A stretch of DNA of 64,000 bases from Methylococcales bacterium (GTDB taxonomy: Bacteria > Pseudomonadota > Gammaproteobacteria > Methylococcales > Methylomonadaceae): positions 10,275 to 74,274 of the forward strand of contig JAUYBJ010000057.1 of assembly GCA_030693155.1 (NCBI GenBank), written 5' to 3'. Below are positions 35,423-44,286 of the stretch, piece by piece. A program made the translations under genes and the position numbers. The stretch's first letter is position 1, and each line of letters begins with the position of its first letter. The notes below the pieces were generated by a model. The model searched no databases and was not told the DNA's origin. It worked only from the letters and a program-made list of their open reading frames with translations.

Positions 35423-37621
35423 ATGTCATCCCATAATCATTCTGTCGATATCGCCGTAACAGGGATGAGTTGCGCTTCGTGCGTCTCTACGGTGGAAAAT
35501 GCATTACGGAAATTGACGGATGTCGAGTCTGCTAGCGTTAATCTTGCCACCGAGCGTGCACATATTGAATTGGCAAATGACATCCCACATCAAAACATTG
35601 TAAAAGCGGTTGTGGATGCAGGGTATGGGGCATCTATAATTTTATCTGAACAAGGTCATGCGCATCCTCATGAAGAAGACTCCGCGACTGGCATAAAAAT
35701 TCTCATCGCTGCAATCCTTAGTTTTCCGCTAATTACACCTATGTTACTTAGGCTTGCAGGTATTGATTGGAATCTGCCTGTATGGTTTCAATGGTTACTT
35801 GCAACACCTGTTCAATTTTATTTTGGCGCAGGATTCTACAAATCTGCCTGGCGAGCTGTATTAAATAAATCCGGCAATATGGATTTGCTGGTGGCAATAG
35901 GCACAACAGCTGCCTATGCTTTATCAGTCTATATGCTGCTACAAGGACATCAACACCTCTATTTCGAAGCGTCCAGCGTAGTCATTACACTCGTGCTGTT
36001 AGGTAAATGGTTAGAGAGACGTGCCAAGCATCAAACCACCGAAGCCATTAGGGCATTACAACAGTTACGTCCCGAAACAGCCCGAATAAAACGGGAAGGT
36101 GAAGAACTGGAAATACCGCTTGCTCAAGTGTCTTTGAATGATGTCGTCGTCGTTCGACCTTGGGAGCGTATACCGGTCGATGCCATTATCCTGGAAGGTC
36201 ATAGTCACGTGGATGAATCGCTGATGACGGGTGAAAGTGCTCCTGTCCATAAAAAAGTCGGTGACAAAGTGATAGGGGGCTCAGTCAATAGCGATGGATT
36301 GCTCGTCATTCAAACAATCGCAATCGGCGCTGAAACGGCACTGTCACGCATTATACGATTGGTAGAAGACGCTCAAGCAGCTAAACCGGAGATTCAACGT
36401 CTAGTCGATAAAGTAAGTGCTGTGTTCGTACCCATCGTCATCATGATTGCTCTCGGCACATTTCTGGCTTGGGGGCTTTACACAGGCAATTGGGAACAGG
36501 CCATATTGAATGCCGTCGCTGTGTTGGTGATCGCCTGTCCTTGTGCGCTTGGCTTAGCAACTCCTACAGCCATCATGGCAGGGACCGGCGTTGCCGCACA
36601 ACATGGCATTCTCATCAAGGACGCCAATGCTTTAGAACTTGCACACAGCATCACCCAGGTAGTATTCGACAAAACCGGTACGCTCACAGCAGGTAAACCT
36701 GTTCTATTGTCTGCAAAAGCCATCAATGGCCAAGATGACAGGATGCTGGAACTTGCAGCTGCAATCGAGCAAAATAGTTCGCACCCACTCGCCAAGGCGG
36801 TTGTGGATCAGCTTGCAATGAGGGGCAAAACACCATCCTTATCAACCTCGGTGAAAGAGCTGCCTGGGCGGGGGTTGCAGGGGCAAGTGGATAGTAAAAT
36901 GATCTATGTAGGTAATGAACGTTGGATGACAGAGCTTGGGATTGATATGGGCACACTGACTGATATTTCTATGGAATTTCAGAATACTGGAAAAACCATC
37001 TCATGTGTTGCGGTGCGTGAGGGTGCTGCAGAACCATCATTACTTGGGATGCTTGTATTTGGTGATGAAATCAAGCATTCGTCAAAACAAGCTATTTCTG
37101 GCTTACGCCTCAAAAACATCAAAACATTGCTACTTACCGGAGACAATCGTATCAGCGCAGAGCATGTCGCTCAAGAGCTTGGCATCGATATGGCGTTAGC
37201 TGAGCAAACGCCAGAATCCAAAGCCAGCACGATTGCATCTATGCGCCAAAAAGACCAGGTGATTGCGATGGTAGGCGATGGTGTTAATGATGCACCTGCG
37301 CTAGCTGCCGCTGACGTAAGCTTCGCCATGTCTACAGGAACAGATGTTGCGATGCATACTGCAGATATCACCCTGATGCGCTCAGACCCTAGCTTGGTGG
37401 TGGATACCATTGATATATCCCGCAGAACTTATAGCAAAATAAAGCAAAATTTATTCTGGGCCTCAATCTATAACCTTATTGGAATACCGCTAGCGGCATT
37501 AGGATTATTGAGTCCAGTCATCGCTGGCGCCGCGATGGCGTTCAGTTCAGTGAGTGTAGTAACCAATGCCTTAATGTTGAAACGCTGGCAGCCATCACGT
37601 CATCAGAAAAAGGATAGCTAA
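35423..37621 (+). CDS. copA: Cu(I)-type P1B ATPase with N-terminal HMA domain
   Basis: GMSCASC, CPC ([12 protein letters not shown]), [17 protein letters not shown]. Confidence 0.9.
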   Translation: MSSHNHSVDIAVTGMSCASCVSTVENALRKLTDVESASVNLATERAHIELANDIPHQNIVKAVVDAGYGASIILSEQGHAHPHEEDSATGIKILIAAILSFPLITPMLLRLAGIDWNLPVWFQWLLATPVQFYFGAGFYKSAWRAVLNKSGNMDLLVAIGTTAAYALSVYMLLQGHQHLYFEASSVVITLVLLGKWLERRAKHQTTEAIRALQQLRPETARIKREGEELEIPLAQVSLNDVVVVRPWERIPVDAIILEGHSHVDESLMTGESAPVHKKVGDKVIGGSVNSDGLLVIQTIAIGAETALSRIIRLVEDAQAAKPEIQRLVDKVSAVFVPIVIMIALGTFLAWGLYTGNWEQAILNAVAVLVIACPCALGLATPTAIMAGTGVAAQHGILIKDANALELAHSITQVVFDKTGTLTAGKPVLLSAKAINGQDDRMLELAAAIEQNSSHPLAKAVVDQLAMRGKTPSLSTSVKELPGRGLQGQVDSKMIYVGNERWMTELGIDMGTLTDISMEFQNTGKTISCVAVREGAAEPSLLGMLVFGDEIKHSSKQAISGLRLKNIKTLLLTGDNRISAEHVAQELGIDMALAEQTPESKASTIASMRQKDQVIAMVGDGVNDAPALAAADVSFAMSTGTDVAMHTADITLMRSDPSLVVDTIDISRRTYSKIKQNLFWASIYNLIGIPLAALGLLSPVIAGAAMAFSSVSVVTNALMLKRWQPSRHQKKDS

Positions 37622-38029
37622 ATGAATGCTGATATATTGAATATCGGACAGGCTGCAGAAGCTTCAGGTATCTCCGCCAAAATGATTCGTCATTATGAAG
37701 ACGTTGGTCTTGTACCACCCGCATCAAGAACATTCTCCGGGTATAGAACCTACAATCATCGTGATGTGCATATGCTGAGGTTTATCAAACATTCGCGTGA
37801 CTTAGGATTTTCGATTAAACAGATTGGCGATTTGTTGAGTTTATGGCGTGATCAAAACCGCCCAAGCAGCAAAGTCAAATCGATGGCGACCGAGCATATT
37901 GAAATGCTCGACCGGAAGATACGAGAATTGAGTGCGATGAAGTCGGAACTGACACGTCTAGTGAGCTGTTGTCATGGTGACACACGGCCTGATTGCCCAA
38001 TTTTAGATAAACTGGCTCAAAATAAATAA
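37622..38029 (+). CDS. cueR: CueR-like MerR-family Cu(I)-responsive regulator
   Basis: N-terminal HTH LNIGQAAEASGISAKMIRHYE. C-terminal CCHGDTRPDCPIL (C-x7-C loop). Starts directly after the copA stop. Confidence 0.8.
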   Translation: MNADILNIGQAAEASGISAKMIRHYEDVGLVPPASRTFSGYRTYNHRDVHMLRFIKHSRDLGFSIKQIGDLLSLWRDQNRPSSKVKSMATEHIEMLDRKIRELSAMKSELTRLVSCCHGDTRPDCPILDKLAQNK

Positions 38030-38077
38030 TCGCTGTTAATTGGAAAAAATATTAATAAATTATATTGATAAAAACGC

Positions 38078-38107
38078 TTGACCTTACCACTGTGGAAAGC
38101 TTCAAGA
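38078..38107 (+). promoter_or_regulatory. MerR/CueR-type promoter upstream of 38185
   Basis: TTGACC-(19 nt)-CAAGAT. The spacer carries the dyad CTTACCAC-T-GTGGAAAG (38083-38099). Confidence 0.55.
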
Positions 38108-38184
38108 TACGAACTATGTCCTGATAAATTTAGTCAGACATATATAGAAACATGAATTGATCAAAACCAAGTAAACAATACAAA

Positions 38185-38586
38185 ATGAAATACTGGCTTA
38201 AATTATTTGTGATCATAGCACTTGCTATCACAATCCCTTTACAAGCGGTTGCAGGTCTGACTATGCCGTCTTGCAATATGTCCAAAGATACCATGGCAGC
38301 CAGCATGGCTATGAATGCGGGCCATAATAATGTGACTATGAGTCAGTCAGATGCAAAAGCCGCTAGCAGTGACATGATTGATAAAAACTGTTGTGATATG
38401 AGTGGAAACAAAATATGCTCAGATCAAAAATGCGCTATCTGCCATTTAAGCATCTTACAATTACCTGATACAGACTTGCTCACAGTACCTGAAATTTTAG
38501 CGACTACTTACTTCGATTTGATTAACGACAATTATCAAACTTTCCCCTCTGGCTTGTTTCATCCCCCCAAACATCTCTTCTCATAG
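38185..38586 (+). CDS. Small secreted Cys/His protein, CzcI/CopL-like (copy 2 of 3)
   Basis: IPLQAVAGLTMPSC…CAICHLS…HPPKHLFS. Same layout as 13946-14308. Confidence 0.5.
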   Translation: MKYWLKLFVIIALAITIPLQAVAGLTMPSCNMSKDTMAASMAMNAGHNNVTMSQSDAKAASSDMIDKNCCDMSGNKICSDQKCAICHLSILQLPDTDLLTVPEILATTYFDLINDNYQTFPSGLFHPPKHLFS

Positions 38587-38747
38587 CACAGCGCGACTAT
38601 AGCTGATTCATATCAGCAGTCCCAAGTGCCAAACCATTGCTTGGCAGTGAAATTACTGACTAGTGGTATCTGCTCGTCCCTGACTGCCAAGCATGAACAT
38701 ATGAATACGATCATCTAAAGGATGACGTCAATTTGAGGAGAATTACC

Positions 38748-38984
38748 ATGAACACCCTATATTTAAAAAAGTTATCAGTAACCTTGTTAATGGCTAGTTT
38801 AGGATTTTTATCCCTATCAGCTATAGCAGGACAGGATAGTAATCAACGCTTGATGATAGAGCAGACAATCAAACAACAGCAGCAATCTAAAGCCACGGAA
38901 GCAGCAAGGCAACATGCTGCTGCTATCAAAGCAGAGGAGTGCAAAAAACAGACGGAACACGGCAAAGATGCTGGCGGCAATTAA
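38748..38984 (+). CDS. Small secreted protein, tandem paralog A
   Basis: Signal peptide …FLSLSAIAGQD, a Gln-rich helix, and a single Cys near the C-terminus. Confidence 0.5.
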   Translation: MNTLYLKKLSVTLLMASLGFLSLSAIAGQDSNQRLMIEQTIKQQQQSKATEAARQHAAAIKAEECKKQTEHGKDAGGN

Positions 38985-39072
38985 CACTATGTGTCGGGGT
39001 GGAGTTTTTTTAATCGCCCCGGATTAGATACGACCACCTTGATAAGGTGACGTCAAATTGAGGAGAATTATC

Positions 39073-39300
39073 ATGAAAAACACATACACAAACAAACTCA
39101 CACTAACCGTAGTACTTGCAAGCTTTGCGTTTCTATCCTTACCAGCCTCTGCCGGGAAGGACGATATACAAAGTCGTATGACGCTGCAGGTATATCAGCT
39201 ACAACAGCAAGCTAAGGTTGCACAAGCTAGTAAGCAAGATTCTGCAACTAACAAGGTGGTGGAATGCAAAAGACTGTTAGCGCAAGGTAAAAAATGCTAA
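39073..39300 (+). CDS. Small secreted protein, tandem paralog B
   Basis: Signal peptide …FLSLPASAGKD. Its leader (GTGACGTCAAATTGAGGAGAATTATCATGAA) is near-identical to that of paralog A. Confidence 0.5.
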   Translation: MKNTYTNKLTLTVVLASFAFLSLPASAGKDDIQSRMTLQVYQLQQQAKVAQASKQDSATNKVVECKRLLAQGKKC

Positions 39301-39394
39301 CCGTTCTTAATCGCTATGGATGGAGCAGTAAGTTTAGCTGTTCCGTCTATAGCTCATTTGGCTTTAAATATTACTCACTTAAGGATTAAGTTAT

Positions 39395-39730
39395 ATGAAA
39401 ACATCAATATTCGTATTAGCTGCAATTGCAACATTAAGCCTGTCATCTATTGCTAGTTATGCCAAAGATGAAATGGCGATGCCTATGCCAACTTCTAAAG
39501 CTACTGCCCAGAAAGACATTGTTGGGAAAGGCACTGTTGTTTTTGAGAATAAGGCTGTAGGAAATGTCACGTTGAAACATGAAGCGATTCCAGCCATTGG
39601 TTGGGGGGCGATGACCATGGAATTTAAAGTTAAAGACAAGATGTTGCTAGATAAAGTGAAAAAAGGTGACAAGGTGCAATTCACCTTGGAGCCACAAGGT
39701 CAGGACTACGTCATTACAAGTATTAAATAA
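39395..39730 (+). CDS. cusF: CusF-like periplasmic metallochaperone (second copy)
   Basis: HEAIPAIGWGAMTMEFKV motif, signal peptide, 111 aa. Confidence 0.75.
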   Translation: MKTSIFVLAAIATLSLSSIASYAKDEMAMPMPTSKATAQKDIVGKGTVVFENKAVGNVTLKHEAIPAIGWGAMTMEFKVKDKMLLDKVKKGDKVQFTLEPQGQDYVITSIK

Positions 39731-39805
39731 GAGCAACTGCACAGACTGATAATTGGCCTGTGCTTACTAACAGATTTTAAACATTAATTTTAAGGAATAT
39801 TCACC

Positions 39806-40186
39806 ATGAAAAAATCAATTATTAACACATTGATCGCTACGGCATTCATAGCCAGCCTAAGCCTTGCCTCAACTGGCGCCATGGCAGGCCGTGACTTCTT
39901 TCAAGAACAGTTGATCCAGAATATGCAAGTGACTAAACAGAAATTGGAAAAAGCTAAGACTTCTCAAGGTGCTGAACAGCAGAAACTCCTGGGTGAACAT
40001 ATGCGGATGTTGCATGACAACATGAATGCTTGTCGTGAGATGAAGCCTAAGGCAGGCATGACTGAGAAAGAACGGGATGAGTGGTATGCAGAACACCAAA
40101 AAATCATGGATGACTTGATGAGTCAAATGATGGAAGAGCATAAAGTTAAGATGGCATCTGCACCATGCGAGACTGGCAAGAAGTAA
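39806..40186 (+). CDS. Secreted Met/His-rich helical protein (copy 2 of 2)
   Basis: …LLGEHMRMLHDNMNACREMKPKAGMT…EHQKIMDDLMSQMMEEH. Paralog of 14621-15007. Confidence 0.6.
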   Translation: MKKSIINTLIATAFIASLSLASTGAMAGRDFFQEQLIQNMQVTKQKLEKAKTSQGAEQQKLLGEHMRMLHDNMNACREMKPKAGMTEKERDEWYAEHQKIMDDLMSQMMEEHKVKMASAPCETGKK

Positions 40187-40218
40187 GTAAGTAAGTAATA
40201 GTTTATTTGCTTTGACCT

Positions 40219-40247
40219 AATGGGCGGTGCATTTCCGCCCATTTTTT
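40219..40247 (+). terminator. Rho-independent terminator
   Basis: AATGGGCGG-TGCATTT-CCGCCCATT followed by a T-run. Confidence 0.7.
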
Positions 40248-40345
40248 AAACCATTTTTACTTTTTATTCAACTAACAATCGCGATGCGCTATGATGGCTA
40301 CATAGCATTTCCTTATTTAATAACGATAAAATTGGATGCAATGTC

Positions 40346-41593
40346 GTGACAGTAAACTTGATATCCCACTACAAAATTGATCCTGAATCAGTCTATAACA
40401 CCTGGTTTATTGGCAATGAAGCACGCTTAAAAGCTTTTCGTTCAATTCGTAGGGGGGTTAAAGATACCGTTGATGCCATCGCTAGCAATACTTTTGGAAA
40501 TGACTTTCGGGGATCGCCATTAGAAGTGGTGTTAAATGCTATTACCGAACAAAAGCAAGTGTTTGAAGGTGCCGCACATCCATTCTATTGGAAACCAAAA
40601 CTCCGCATTCCTGATATCTATGAAGATGACAATAATAAGAAATTTTTTGGCGCTTTCTTAAATAGTTGCCTAATTGCAACACGTGAAACGCAAGTGCTGG
40701 ATGAGATGAGTCGTTTAGCAAATGCAAAGATCAAAGGGCTTGGTCCTTCAGTAGCGAGCATCGTATATTTTTTACACCCTACCTTTGTACCACCATTTAA
40801 CACCGCGATATTAAATGGTTTCAATGCCATGTTTGGCACCAAGCTCAAATTAGGTTGTTGGCAAAGCTATCTTGCCATGAGAGAAACCATAGTTGAGACC
40901 AATAAAACGCATCAAACAATTTTGTCCAACGACCTAGGTGCTTTTGCAGGATTGCTATTTGAGATTGGTAGCGGCAGATTGGCAGTTAATGGTAATGGGG
41001 GTGAAGCGCTAATACTATTACGGGAAAAAGCCGCAAAGCTTGCTGAAAAGCGTCATAAAGAAGTGATTGAAGAGCAACGTGAAGAGTCTGAACATACACA
41101 AGTTCAACACATGCTGATTCGAATTGGACGTGCGCTAAATTACCAAGTATTTGTCGCCCGTAATGACCGCAATCGATCTTGTCATGGCGAATCTTTTGCG
41201 CAACTCACAACACCACATTTGCCCGATATTGGCGCTAGCAGTGATGTAATGGATACTGTTAGCCTGATTGATGTGATTTGGATTGATACTAAAACCAATA
41301 AAATCATATGTGCGTTTGAGGTAGAGAAAAGCACCTCAATCTACTCCGGTATGCTGCGCATGAAAGATTTGGCACGATCTTTATCAGAGCAAGACTGTCA
41401 GTTTTACCTTGTCGCCCCCGATAAAAGAGAGCGTGAGGTCATCGCACAAATTAACCGTCCAGCGTTCAAAGGTGATCTTGATTTTGCTATCGGTTATCTA
41501 CCATTCAACATACTTAAGCAGCATTGTGATGGTCTGTGTACATTGGCAGATAACCATGAAGTGATGAAAAAAATAGCAAGATTCGATTTTTGA
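40346..41593 (+). CDS. Orphan PD-(D/E)xK-like nuclease-fold protein with unknown N-terminal domain
   Basis: C-terminal EHTQVQHMLIRIGRALNYQVFVARND…IDVIWID…ICAFEVEKSTSIYSG (D…ExK pattern). GTG start. No adjacent methylase. Confidence 0.4.
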   Translation: MTVNLISHYKIDPESVYNTWFIGNEARLKAFRSIRRGVKDTVDAIASNTFGNDFRGSPLEVVLNAITEQKQVFEGAAHPFYWKPKLRIPDIYEDDNNKKFFGAFLNSCLIATRETQVLDEMSRLANAKIKGLGPSVASIVYFLHPTFVPPFNTAILNGFNAMFGTKLKLGCWQSYLAMRETIVETNKTHQTILSNDLGAFAGLLFEIGSGRLAVNGNGGEALILLREKAAKLAEKRHKEVIEEQREESEHTQVQHMLIRIGRALNYQVFVARNDRNRSCHGESFAQLTTPHLPDIGASSDVMDTVSLIDVIWIDTKTNKIICAFEVEKSTSIYSGMLRMKDLARSLSEQDCQFYLVAPDKREREVIAQINRPAFKGDLDFAIGYLPFNILKQHCDGLCTLADNHEVMKKIARFDF

Positions 41594-41670
41594 TTTTGTG
41601 TGTTTGGTAGCGTACAGACCCAGATGTTTAGTGTCTTTAATGTGAATACCTAATTTAACGGAGAAACGTC

Positions 41671-42021
41671 ATGAAAATTACTCCAATCCATTTTCTTAAA
41701 GTTTGTATAACTGCAGTGCTATTCACATCACTACTAGGCATAGCCAACGCGGATGAGCGAAAAAATATGAAAGGCTCTGACAGCATTATGCATACCATGC
41801 AGGACGGTATGAAGAAAATGGAGTCGATGAAAATGTCAGGTGATGTTGATAAAGATTTCGCCATGATAATGAAAATGCATCATCAGCAAGCATTGGACAT
41901 GGCGCAAATTGAAATTGACCAAGGCAAATCATCAGAAATGAAAGCAATGGCCAAAAAAATCGTTTCGGCTCAAAAAAAGGAAATTGCTGAATTCGATACC
42001 TGGCTATCGAAACAAAAGTAA
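41671..42021 (+). CDS. DUF305-family periplasmic protein
   Basis: Signal peptide. DKDFAMIMKMHHQQALDMAQ…AKKIVSAQKKEIAEFDTWL. Confidence 0.7.
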   Translation: MKITPIHFLKVCITAVLFTSLLGIANADERKNMKGSDSIMHTMQDGMKKMESMKMSGDVDKDFAMIMKMHHQQALDMAQIEIDQGKSSEMKAMAKKIVSAQKKEIAEFDTWLSKQK

Positions 42022-42048
42022 TTCATTGTCATAGAGCTGGTAATACCA

Positions 42049-42507
42049 ATGAAAGAAATGATGCATAAGCAAGCTTATTTAAAGCTTTTGTACATGGTGC
42101 TATTGTCTTTTGCTTCCATGTATATCCTTATGTATGCCATGGTCAACCAGCTCAACAATGTGATTCCCAACATCAACCAATTTTATATGGCAGGCTTAAT
42201 GACCATGCCCATGGTATTGATTGAGATGATAGTCATGAGCGCCATGTATATGGATAAAAACAGGAACAAACTCATCATCATCCTGTCTTTCGTAGGACTA
42301 GTGGGTTTTTTCTTATTGATTCGATTTCAGGGTGCGGTATCTGAGAAACAGTTTTTGAAATCGATGATCCCGCATCATGCCTCTGCTATTTTGATGTGTA
42401 AAGAAACCAAAATCAGTGACCCGGAAATTCAAGTATTATGCAGTAACATTGTTTCTGGCCAACAGCAGGAAATTGCCCAAATGAAAACATTGTTAGATAA
42501 ACAGTAA
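42049..42507 (+). CDS. Membrane protein with C-terminal DUF305-like domain
   Basis: Three hydrophobic segments followed by FLKSMIPHHASAILMC…IVSGQQQEIAQMKTLL. Confidence 0.6.
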   Translation: MKEMMHKQAYLKLLYMVLLSFASMYILMYAMVNQLNNVIPNINQFYMAGLMTMPMVLIEMIVMSAMYMDKNRNKLIIILSFVGLVGFFLLIRFQGAVSEKQFLKSMIPHHASAILMCKETKISDPEIQVLCSNIVSGQQQEIAQMKTLLDKQ

Positions 42508-42547
42508 TGTAGGTTGAAATTTACTTTGATTGATATAAAATAGAGTT

Positions 42548-42925
42548 ATGCAATTCAAACAGCTACGATCATTGCGTGTATTCATCTTCTTGCTATTGAC
42601 AATATTCTTTACAGATACTGTTTATGCTAGCGGCATGATGGTGGCTGACCAACTGTCTGGCAATCACACAGTAAGTACTGAAAGCCATAACCATGATGAT
42701 CATGACATGATTCAACATGAACACCATCAACACGATGCAGGGCAGAAACAGTCAACTAATGACCATTGTTCAAAATGCGGTCACTGCATGGCTTGCTTTA
42801 CCATTTTACCCCCTAGCCAATTAGACAAAATGCAATCTCAGATTCAAGCGACTACTATCAGCTTGTTTGAACCTAGCTATCTCTCGCACATCAGTGCCCA
42901 GCCTCAAAGACCTCCCATTTCTTAA
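42548..42925 (+). CDS. Small secreted Cys/His protein, CzcI/CopL-like (copy 3 of 3)
   Basis: His-rich middle (HNHDDHDMIQHEHHQHD), CSKCGHCMAC, C-terminal QRPPIS. Confidence 0.45.
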   Translation: MQFKQLRSLRVFIFLLLTIFFTDTVYASGMMVADQLSGNHTVSTESHNHDDHDMIQHEHHQHDAGQKQSTNDHCSKCGHCMACFTILPPSQLDKMQSQIQATTISLFEPSYLSHISAQPQRPPIS

Positions 42926-43005
42926 ATAAACCGATGGATTCAGTTCAGTAGCAGGCTATTTGCCTGTTGCTGATCTCCCACATTTATTTTTGAAATGAGA
43001 TTTCG

Positions 43006-44286
43006 ATGAAACTATTCAACTTATCGTTGTTTATTCTTTCTCTTGGTATAGGAACATCTACGCCCCTCTGGGCCGCTGATGCGTCTCAAGAGACCAATAC
43101 CTACCAATCATCCTTTGATGATTACAAACCCCTATCTGAAGACAACGTGTCAGATTGGAAATCTATAAACGTGCCTTCAAACAGTGGCGGCCATGCCGGA
43201 CACTCTATGGCTGGCATGCAACATGAAATGACGCCAGAACAGATGGCTAAAATGCCTGCCGACGGCAAGAAAATGCCTGACATGGAGGGTATGGACCATA
43301 GCAGCATGGCAGGCGTGGAAAAAGCCGCGCCAGACAACATGCAAGGCATGGATCACAGCCAAATGAAGCATGATCATGCCATGGCGCCAATGGCTGGGAT
43401 GGACCATTCTAAAATGGCTGGCATGAATCAAGACAATATGAAGTCCATGCCTGATAGCAAGTCAGCAATGCAACCCATGAAAAAAGAAGAGATGCCAGAA
43501 ATGAACCATGAAGATATGGCTGGGCATGATCACGGTGGGTCTGATATGAAAGGGATGGACCATTCAAAGATGAATGAGTCAAAGCCGAATGACATGCAAC
43601 CAAGTCAGGAGGGTGGCGCGCAAGACGAATCTCAACCACACGAGCACGCATCTACACAAGCATCTGAACATGCAGGCATGGCAATGCCCTCAATGGCTGC
43701 ACCAACAACACAAGCTACACCCTGGCAGATAATCCCTAATTTTCATCCGATTGTGGTGCATTTCCCCATTGCTTTAACCATCATTGCCTTTCTGTTGAGT
43801 ATCGCTGCTTACGCACGGCGCAGCCATCCTGTCTCTGCGCAACTGGCTGCCGCCGGTCACTTTACCCTGTGGCTCGCGGCAATAGGGGCTGCTGCGGCTG
43901 TATTATTTGGCTGGCTCGCATTTAACTCGGTCAATCATGATGATGCAGGACATGCGGCTATGTTGTTACACCGTTCATGGGCCATACCAACGGCTATAGG
44001 CTTGATCTTGCTCGCTAGCTGGGATGCATGGAAATACCGTATCAATGAATTGATATCGGTGCCAATGCTGTTTTTACTTTTCCTGCTTTCTCAAGCAATC
44101 GCAGTGACAGGATGGCTGGGAGGAGAAGTGGTCTACCGTCATGGCATAGGCGTGTTATCACTGCCAGCCAGCGAAGGCACCGGCCATGGTCACCATAATA
44201 GTACAAAAGGCACCGCCGCTAAAATAGGTTCTGATAAACCTACAGAACAGCATGATGATGAAAAAGGAGAATCTCATGAACACTAA
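43006..44286 (+). CDS. Fusion of periplasmic Met/His repeats (GMDHSxM) and a DUF2231 membrane domain
   Basis: Signal peptide. Four GMDHS(S/Q/K)M repeats. Then FHPIVVHFPIALTII…GGEVVYRHGIGVLSLPASE and a His-rich tail. Confidence 0.65.
   Translation: MKLFNLSLFILSLGIGTSTPLWAADASQETNTYQSSFDDYKPLSEDNVSDWKSINVPSNSGGHAGHSMAGMQHEMTPEQMAKMPADGKKMPDMEGMDHSSMAGVEKAAPDNMQGMDHSQMKHDHAMAPMAGMDHSKMAGMNQDNMKSMPDSKSAMQPMKKEEMPEMNHEDMAGHDHGGSDMKGMDHSKMNESKPNDMQPSQEGGAQDESQPHEHASTQASEHAGMAMPSMAAPTTQATPWQIIPNFHPIVVHFPIALTIIAFLLSIAAYARRSHPVSAQLAAAGHFTLWLAAIGAAAAVLFGWLAFNSVNHDDAGHAAMLLHRSWAIPTAIGLILLASWDAWKYRINELISVPMLFLLFLLSQAIAVTGWLGGEVVYRHGIGVLSLPASEGTGHGHHNSTKGTAAKIGSDKPTEQHDDEKGESHEH

Noticed and set aside
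40184-40200. (GTAA)4 microsatellite at the stop codon of 39806-40186.
   Set aside because: It is short, provides stops in several frames, and is followed by a normal terminator. It probably has no function beyond translation termination, and there is no evidence of variability.
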